Source of the DNA: Candidatus Latescibacterota bacterium
GTDB lineage: Bacteria; Latescibacterota; UBA2968; UBA8231
Direction of reading: 5' to 3'
Length of the DNA stretch: 64,000 bases
NCBI GenBank assembly: GCA_965215195.1
Contig: CBDCDC010000002.1
Location: 2,464,001 to 2,528,000 of the forward strand
Shown: piece by piece, positions 57,296 through 64,000 of the stretch
Position numbering within the stretch: the stretch's first letter is position 1
Layout of the letters: the number at the start of each line of letters is the position of its first letter
Notes under the pieces: model-generated
Databases searched by the model: none
Seen by the model: the letters and a program-made list of their open reading frames with translations, nothing else
What the model was told of the DNA's origin: nothing
Made by a program: the position numbers and the translations under genes

Positions 57296-60022
57296 ATGCT
57301 GAAAGCGATCTCAATAGGCGCACTTATAGCGGCCCTAGCGACGATGGTGCGCGGCGAAGGCGAGCCTAGGCTTGTCGAGCCCCACACCACCGGCACCCGC
57401 CTGATGCTCTACCGCCCCGGCCTACTCACCTACGACAACTACGGCCTAGAGGGCTACCGGACTTGGCCGCGCAATGTCATCACGCGCACGGCCAACCCGG
57501 TGTACGACGAGTTCGGCGACTTTCTGGTAAACGGCGTTGAGGTGTACCACCTGCGGGAAAACCGCCGCTTCGACGATCCGGCCCAAGTATTCAGCGGCAG
57601 CACCATTGCCAAGCCGAACAATTACGAAGGGTTTCTCAACCGCCTGATGGTGGCCGACGACAGCTATAATAGCTGGCAGACGCGGCTGATCATCGGCGAT
57701 CGCATTCGCACCCACTTCTCGCCGTTGATCCTAGATCTGGCCGCCCTCAATGGCATCCGCTGGGACCTAGCCAGTGAAAGGCACAACTTCTCGGTCCTCG
57801 CCTCGCGCATGGACAGGCCCGTACTGTCCCAAGAGGACGCCAGCGCCCTGAGCACGGCCGCCTTTGCCTCGTACCTGTTGGGCGGCCACTGGCAATGGCG
57901 CTGGCGCACCATTGACCTGAGTACCTCTTATGTCAATCTCTTCCGCATTGACACCCGCTCGCCGCCCGATTGGAACGGCATGAAGGGTCAGTTGCCCAAC
58001 CGAGTACAGGTAATCGACTACTTGGTGGTGCGCATTGAAGACACCTCGCCTTTGGACGGCGACGGGGCCCGGGTCTTTGCCGTCAATATCCTGCTCAACG
58101 GCGAGCGGCGAGACGACATTGAGCCTTTTGTCACGCGCCACAACACCGAGGATTTTAATCCTAACTTTCCCAACAAGGACTTCTTCTTCAAACGGCCGAT
58201 TCCGCCCTACGTGGAAGTGTTGCAGGGCCGCCGCTTGGGCACCTATCCGCTGCAGCCCCCCGAACCCGGTGGTTTTTTCCGCGCCGATGGCAAGAACTAT
58301 GTCCTGTTCTGGTTCCCGCTGCCCGAGGACGAGGAAGTGGTGTCGGCCTCCTTCGAGGCCCTGCTGAGCGGCAATTATCGCGTCAGCGCGTCGGAGGTCT
58401 ACGCGGTTGACCCGCGCGAATCCCGCAGTGAACCGGCTCAGCGCAACCGCGCAACTTTTTACAAAAGTTTGGCCGGCGCCAAAGGACGCGGGTCCGCCGG
58501 CGCCGATATTGAGCAGATCCGCTTTGACTACGGCCGCCAGACCGGACTCACCTTGGCGGGCCTAGGCCTGAGCACGGACGTAAAAGGCTTCCGCTTCAAG
58601 GGCGAGTGGGCCCACAGCTTCAACTTCCTCCAGTACCCCGTCCACGATCACCGCGGCCGGCGTCACGACCGCGGTGGCCACGCCTATCTGTTCAATATCG
58701 AGCGGGAATTAACCCGGAAAATTGCCGTGGGCGGGGAGCTATTTCGCCTCGACCCCGAGTACCGGACGCAGCTTTCGGTGACCGACCTGACGCTGGGGGC
58801 CTACGCGGCCGCTGGCACCGGGCCATTCGCCGGTGCGCTAGGTTCGACCGACGAGAGCCTGAACAATACCCTCGACCTGAACACCGTTGACGACAACGAC
58901 GACAAGGATCCTTTTCCAGACGATTTCTTTATACCCAGTTTCGAGGACCAAAACGGGGTTTTCCCCGGCCTAGACAAGGACCAAGACGGCACCCCCGACA
59001 CCAACCGCAATCGCAACCAAGTACCCGATTACTTCGAGCCCTTTTTGCTCTACGACGTCGATCCCGACGACTTCGACTACGGCGACGACCTGAACAACAA
59101 TGGCGTCATTGACGTGCGCGAAAACGACGACAAGCCGGACTACCCGTACGACCTCAACCGCCAAGGCTACCACGTCTTTGTGCGCCTTCAGCCCCAGCGC
59201 GTACTGGAACTGACCTTCGGGCGCTACGATATGGAAGCCATCTGGGGCGGCCAACGGGCGGATGTGTGGTACGCCAAAGCCGAGTACCAGCGGCGCTTCG
59301 GTAGCTGGGGCCAACTGCGGGCCGTGGACTTCTTCAAGCGGGTGCAGGACGATATTCCCGACGGGGTATTCCGCTTTGGCGACGTAGCCAATTTCGCCAT
59401 CTTTAATCCGCGTGCCACCATTGAAACTTTTGTCGAAGACGAGTTGTTGCTGCAGGACAGCGCCGTCAACACCGCCTTCATCGACTTCGCCTTTCGGGGG
59501 GTGCGCAACCTCTTTATCGGGACCAATCTCAAGTTTGAAGTCAACCGGCAGCTCACTGCCAACAGCGGCGACAATGCGATTCAGCTATGGACCTCGGTGT
59601 TGCGCGCAGATTACCGCTGGCGCTTGGGCGGGCTAGAAGTATCGCCGCGCTACAAGCTCATGCTGCGCCGCCGCACCGACGCCGCCGGGCGCATTCAGCC
59701 GCTGTCCGAGGTCTTCGGCTTTCCCATGATAGTGGCCGACTTCAAATTCACCGAGCGCACCTTCCTGCGCGGCGGCCTCCAGGGGCTATCCGCGCTGCCT
59801 AGCATCTACCGCAATGGCCAAAATCAGGACCAAGACTACAACACCCGCGATGCGCTCTTCATGCTGGTCAATCGCTTTGAATACGCTGGTTTCGACATGG
59901 CGCTTACGGCCGGCTACGAGATTAGCCGACGCCGCATGAAGGACCGCACGCGGAAATTCGCGGATATTGATTTCGAACAGTTTTTTATCCGCATGGTCGT
60001 GGGACTGGAGCCGGTGCAATAA
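57296..60022 (+). CDS. Paralogue B2 of the putative outer-membrane protein
   Basis: Shares YD.FG, VA.DSY..W, NGIRWD, GGHW, D.SP.DG and the GVFPGLD...PDYPY block with B1. Confidence 0.72.
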   Translation: MLKAISIGALIAALATMVRGEGEPRLVEPHTTGTRLMLYRPGLLTYDNYGLEGYRTWPRNVITRTANPVYDEFGDFLVNGVEVYHLRENRRFDDPAQVFSGSTIAKPNNYEGFLNRLMVADDSYNSWQTRLIIGDRIRTHFSPLILDLAALNGIRWDLASERHNFSVLASRMDRPVLSQEDASALSTAAFASYLLGGHWQWRWRTIDLSTSYVNLFRIDTRSPPDWNGMKGQLPNRVQVIDYLVVRIEDTSPLDGDGARVFAVNILLNGERRDDIEPFVTRHNTEDFNPNFPNKDFFFKRPIPPYVEVLQGRRLGTYPLQPPEPGGFFRADGKNYVLFWFPLPEDEEVVSASFEALLSGNYRVSASEVYAVDPRESRSEPAQRNRATFYKSLAGAKGRGSAGADIEQIRFDYGRQTGLTLAGLGLSTDVKGFRFKGEWAHSFNFLQYPVHDHRGRRHDRGGHAYLFNIERELTRKIAVGGELFRLDPEYRTQLSVTDLTLGAYAAAGTGPFAGALGSTDESLNNTLDLNTVDDNDDKDPFPDDFFIPSFEDQNGVFPGLDKDQDGTPDTNRNRNQVPDYFEPFLLYDVDPDDFDYGDDLNNNGVIDVRENDDKPDYPYDLNRQGYHVFVRLQPQRVLELTFGRYDMEAIWGGQRADVWYAKAEYQRRFGSWGQLRAVDFFKRVQDDIPDGVFRFGDVANFAIFNPRATIETFVEDELLLQDSAVNTAFIDFAFRGVRNLFIGTNLKFEVNRQLTANSGDNAIQLWTSVLRADYRWRLGGLEVSPRYKLMLRRRTDAAGRIQPLSEVFGFPMIVADFKFTERTFLRGGLQGLSALPSIYRNGQNQDQDYNTRDALFMLVNRFEYAGFDMALTAGYEISRRRMKDRTRKFADIDFEQFFIRMVVGLEPVQ

Positions 60023-62067
60023 TGTGGACGAAAACAGCTACCCAGTTGCGCCCATTGCTACTGGCTACAGCCTTGCTGGTGGGCAGCGCGGGCCACGCCG
60101 AGGAATGGACCGTTGACCAGTGGGAGCAGGCCGTGTACTACCGGCATACCCTCAATGCACCCGAGGCCGGCGCCGCCCTGCTGCGCCTGACCGCGATAGA
60201 CGAATACGAGATTTTCCTCAACGGCGAAGCCATCAGCAGCGACGACAATTGGACCACTATGGAAGAGTACCCGGTCGAGCTCAAGCGACGCAAAAACGAG
60301 CTGGCCGTGCGCGTCGTCAATCGCGGCGAGGGCCACGGCAGCGGCCTCGTTGTGGAGGTGAGCACCGCACAGCAGTCATGGGTCAGCACCTTTGGTGCTT
60401 TGCAAAATTTGTGGTACTGGAGCGGCGAACCCCAAGCAGACGCGGGTTGGCAGACAACGGATGTGAGCCGGCTAGACGCCTGGCAGCCAGTGCAGCGCGG
60501 CCAGCTAGACAGGACGGGCGTATCCGGCTGGTCCGATACGCTGAAGGCAGATGTAATCGCCGGCTTTCCCGGTGGCATCGACATAGGCCAGCCAGCCGGC
60601 GGCTTGAGCTTGCGTTCAGTGGAGGGAGAAAACCTAGCGTTGAGGCTGCCCTCCAACCGCCCGGAAGTATTCGACGGCCGCTCCAATACCGGCTGGACCG
60701 TAGATCCGACCGAGTTGAACGCCATGGCCCGAGTGGATCTGTTGCACCGGCGTCTAATCAGCGAGGTACGGGTCCTGACCCAAGGCCGGAACGCCGACGA
60801 GTTTGTCCAGAATACCCTGCGCGGCTATGCCGTCCAAGTGAGTAACGATCAGTTTGAGTGGCGCGAGGTGGGCGTACTGCACGGCATTGCTCAGCCCGAG
60901 CGCACCGCCATTGCCTTTGCCCCGCTCTTGGCCCGTTACCTGCAAGTGATCATCGCCGAAGTCGATGCGGTGCAGCGCGCCAAAGTAGCCGAGATTCAGG
61001 TGCTGGGCAGGGGTATTGCCCCAGCGGGCCGCTTTGTCTCTCCGCCCCTAGACTTGGGACAGCCCGGAGAACGCAAGAATTTCACCTCCGCGCACTGGGA
61101 TGGCCAAGTGCCGGCCGGCACTGCGCTCGGGCTGCAATTCCGCAGCTCGAATGACGGCAGCACTTGGAGCGGCTGGAGTGCGCCTGTGCATACTAGCCCG
61201 GCGCTGCTGCAAGTGCCCGAACCGCGCACTTTCCTGCAGTACCGAGTCCAGATGGAAACTCAATCCGAAGAGCTGGGCCCGCGCCTGGACCGTCTGATTG
61301 TCGACTTCACCGACCAAGTGCCGGCCTCGCGGGTCCGCGGCTGGGTTGAGCCCAATCGGGCCGTGCTGGGCCGCGATACCCTTTTCACGTATCGCCTAGA
61401 GCTAAATTTCAGTGCGGACGATCTGGGGGTGGAGCGGGTGCGCGTTGCCCTGCCCAGTCAGATCGAGCTAGAGGAAATTGTGCCCCCGCTTGGAGTGGAA
61501 ATCGCCGCAAACACAGCATCGAGCACCGCGCTGGAGCTAGTACTAGCCGAGCCTTGGCACCAAGCGGGTATCCTAGAAGTGCGCTTTCGCGGACGGCTGC
61601 TGAGCCATGCCTTCGAGTTCCGCGCCCAAGTTTCTGGTCCAGACGGGGGCGCGACACTCGATGCCGAAGAGAACGTTGAACCCGATCCACACAGCGGTCA
61701 GCCGCGCTCTTGGCAGGTGTCGGCCAGCGGTGTCGCGGGGGCCCTGTTGAGTCAAGTGCGCCCGGTACCAAAGGCATTCAGCCCCAACGGCGACGGTATC
61801 AACGACGCAACAGCGATCGAATTCACCTTGGCGCGGGTGAGCGAGCCCCAACCAGTAGAAGTGGACATATTCGATGTCGAGGGCCGACCTGTGCGCGCCC
61901 TATATGCCGGCCCCCTGAGCGCGGGCGAATACTCCGCGCCGGGCCTGTGGGACGGCAGGGACGATGCCGGCGAACTGGTGGCACCAGGACTCTACCTAGT
62001 GCGCGTGCGGATCCTTCTGGAGCGCAAACAAGAAAGCCGCCTGCGCACCGTAGCCGTGGCGTACTGA
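60022..62067 (+). CDS. Paralogue A2 (discoidin-like + CHU_C/FlgD-like tail)
   Basis: Colinear with A1: QWEQ.VYYR, DEYE.FLNG, VEGENLAL, NRPEVFDG, VPEPR, AEEN, FSPNGDGIND. Confidence 0.82.
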   Translation: MWTKTATQLRPLLLATALLVGSAGHAEEWTVDQWEQAVYYRHTLNAPEAGAALLRLTAIDEYEIFLNGEAISSDDNWTTMEEYPVELKRRKNELAVRVVNRGEGHGSGLVVEVSTAQQSWVSTFGALQNLWYWSGEPQADAGWQTTDVSRLDAWQPVQRGQLDRTGVSGWSDTLKADVIAGFPGGIDIGQPAGGLSLRSVEGENLALRLPSNRPEVFDGRSNTGWTVDPTELNAMARVDLLHRRLISEVRVLTQGRNADEFVQNTLRGYAVQVSNDQFEWREVGVLHGIAQPERTAIAFAPLLARYLQVIIAEVDAVQRAKVAEIQVLGRGIAPAGRFVSPPLDLGQPGERKNFTSAHWDGQVPAGTALGLQFRSSNDGSTWSGWSAPVHTSPALLQVPEPRTFLQYRVQMETQSEELGPRLDRLIVDFTDQVPASRVRGWVEPNRAVLGRDTLFTYRLELNFSADDLGVERVRVALPSQIELEEIVPPLGVEIAANTASSTALELVLAEPWHQAGILEVRFRGRLLSHAFEFRAQVSGPDGGATLDAEENVEPDPHSGQPRSWQVSASGVAGALLSQVRPVPKAFSPNGDGINDATAIEFTLARVSEPQPVEVDIFDVEGRPVRALYAGPLSAGEYSAPGLWDGRDDAGELVAPGLYLVRVRILLERKQESRLRTVAVAY

Positions 62068-62083
62068 TGGAAATGGGCCCATC

Positions 62084-64000
62084 GTGAAAAAACCGACAAT
62101 ACAAATCGGCCGCGTACTCCCAGTGCTGCTGTGGGCAATAGTCCCGAGCTGGGCAGAAACGCCGCGCCTGGGCATTCCCGAGATTCTGCCCTCCCAAGAC
62201 TTTCTCGGGCGGCAGTTGCCCCAGTACAATAACTACGCCTTTCAGGGCTATTCCAACTACCCGGACCACACCTTCCCCTACGCCGACCGACCCCGGGCCT
62301 TCTACGATTCCTTCGGCGATCCCCTCATCACCGGGTACGACCTGTACGACTGGACCGAGCGCCGCACACTCGGTCAGGAATACGGCAGTAGCATTTTCAA
62401 GGATCGCAACCAGTGGAGCACGGTTTTCGATTTTCTGGTGGTGGGCCGCGACAGCTATAACAACTGGGGATACAGCGCCATTGTCGGCGATGGGCTGATT
62501 GCCCGCTTCACGCCGCTGACCCTGTCGCAAGTTGACTTTAATGGCACCCGCTTCGACTTGGCCACGCCCTACGCCCGCTTCACCTTCTTGGGATCGCGCA
62601 TCGAGCGCCCCCATTTTTACGTTGAATCCATTCCCCCTTGGGCCATCGAAAATACGCACTTTGCCGACGCTTCGACCATGCTGCTGGGGAGCCGGCTGGA
62701 GACGGATATTGGGGCCTTGCGGCTGGGCCTGAACGGCGTGAACACGCACGTGTACCAAAGCACCCAAGACGACAACAGCCTCAAAGGCTCTCTGAGGCCC
62801 AGCCTGCCGTCCATGGACCAGATTGTGGTGCGCTTTACCGACGACTCGCCCCAAGACGGCCGCGGCGGGGCCTTGGTGCAGGAAGCGCAACTCGTACTCA
62901 ACGGCGAAGCCCGGCCCGATATCGCGCCAACAGTGATTCGCCATTCCGAAGGCGTGGATACGCAGGTGGGCACTATCTCCCGGCTGACCGGCCAATTCAA
63001 CCCGACCATTTACACCAACCCCCGGGGGTATTACCAGACAGCCACGCTCTACTACCGCGGCCGAAGCGATATGCCGCTCTTTGCCGATTACCTCTATCGC
63101 GCCGACCACGAGGCCGGCCTTGACGTGAGTAAGAATACCAACCTCGAAGGTTTGCTGGCTGCCTTCAAACTCGAATCGTCTGAGGAGATCCTACGAGCCG
63201 ACGGCAACGAGCAATTGGTGTTCCTCTTCGATTTGTCGCAGGAGCCTTACGTGGAATCAGTGGCCGTGGAAGCGGCGCTGGCCAACGACTACCGGGTAGA
63301 AGTGGCCACCCTCCATCTCAACAACCCGCGGGGACGCGGCTATCCCAACCAGTACGTGAGCACATTCTACCGGCCTGTCCTGCGCGCCGAGGGCAATGTG
63401 CAGGACGGCACCAATCTAGCCAGAAAGCGGATCAATGTGGGCGAAAACACGGCGCTTTTCACCTACAGTGCCGATATGCAGCTTGCCCTAGCCGGCCTCG
63501 AAATCAACGGCGAGTACGCCCGCTCAGCGCGCTACTCCCGCTTTCCAGCGCGCATGGACGAGACCGCCCTGTACGATCGGGGACCGCGTTTTTCCGAGAA
63601 AGGATCGGCCTATTTCATCAATGCCGTGCGCTGGTTCGCGGGAGGCCGCTTGGGGGCCGAAGCCTTTGCCGTGAACCCAGACTTCCACACGGAAATGCGC
63701 ACCTTTGTACCATTCGAAATCGGTTTGACAGAGACTTCGCTGGCCGGCCTGACCAACAACACCATCTTCTGGGACCTGGTGCAGGACAACGAGGACGGCG
63801 ACCGCTACCCAGACAAGCGCGTGGGCAACCTGCAGGGGCAGCCCAACGACCGCGAAGACGAGGACGTCGACGGCGTATTTCCCGGGCAGGACGACGACAA
63901 CGACGGCCTGCCCGACACCAATCGCAACTTCAACGATGTGCCCGACTACGTCGAGCCCTTCCTCATGTACTACGTCGAATCCAACGACTTCTTCTACGGC
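62084..64000 (+). CDS. Paralogue B3, partial (runs off the window end)
   Basis: GTG 62084, frame open to 64000. YNNY, YDSFG, GRDSYNNWG, DDSPQDG, GVFPGQDDDNDGLPDTNRNFNDVPDYVEPFLMYYVE. Confidence 0.8.
   Translation, partial: MKKPTIQIGRVLPVLLWAIVPSWAETPRLGIPEILPSQDFLGRQLPQYNNYAFQGYSNYPDHTFPYADRPRAFYDSFGDPLITGYDLYDWTERRTLGQEYGSSIFKDRNQWSTVFDFLVVGRDSYNNWGYSAIVGDGLIARFTPLTLSQVDFNGTRFDLATPYARFTFLGSRIERPHFYVESIPPWAIENTHFADASTMLLGSRLETDIGALRLGLNGVNTHVYQSTQDDNSLKGSLRPSLPSMDQIVVRFTDDSPQDGRGGALVQEAQLVLNGEARPDIAPTVIRHSEGVDTQVGTISRLTGQFNPTIYTNPRGYYQTATLYYRGRSDMPLFADYLYRADHEAGLDVSKNTNLEGLLAAFKLESSEEILRADGNEQLVFLFDLSQEPYVESVAVEAALANDYRVEVATLHLNNPRGRGYPNQYVSTFYRPVLRAEGNVQDGTNLARKRINVGENTALFTYSADMQLALAGLEINGEYARSARYSRFPARMDETALYDRGPRFSEKGSAYFINAVRWFAGGRLGAEAFAVNPDFHTEMRTFVPFEIGLTETSLAGLTNNTIFWDLVQDNEDGDRYPDKRVGNLQGQPNDREDEDVDGVFPGQDDDNDGLPDTNRNFNDVPDYVEPFLMYYVESNDFFYG

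Noticed and set aside
61823-63109. 428-aa minus-strand ORF
   Set aside because: Antisense shadow of paralogue B3 and the end of A2, typical of high-GC codon bias.

Overview
A GC-rich bacterial chromosomal window with about 45 protein-coding genes. No rRNA, tRNA or CRISPR array was seen. The gene content (FG-GAP, FN3 and TPR surface proteins, T9SS-like C-terminal tails, DUF6785-type permease, three enolase-superfamily and three SDR paralogues) suggests an FCB-group organism such as Latescibacterota or a Gemmatimonadota relative; this is inference only. Main parts: (1) 1-6.3 kb, two unrelated lipoproteins sharing a duplicated ~410 bp upstream region plus signal-peptide cassette, flanking a frameshifted FN3/Calx-beta adhesin; (2) 6.6-46 kb, metabolic and housekeeping genes (fabV, eukaryote-type hisA, rsmD, solA-like oxidase, mutY, DUF368, MFS, Nramp) mixed with a MITE family, an Rpn nuclease, a lower-GC coiled-coil/nuclease-fold/glycine-zipper islet, a broken VapBC pair, an AAA-ATPase+DUF4276 pair, several gene remnants, and an ArsC-family selenoprotein (UxxC plus SECIS hairpin) missed by the ORF track; (3) 46.4-64 kb, a tightly coupled operon of uncharacterised envelope proteins: giant TPR, DUF4159-like, TonB/AgmX-like lipoprotein, then repeated discoidin+CTD proteins and ~900-aa putative outer-membrane proteins. 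Part 3 is the best candidate for an undescribed system. All family assignments come from motif recognition, not database searches.
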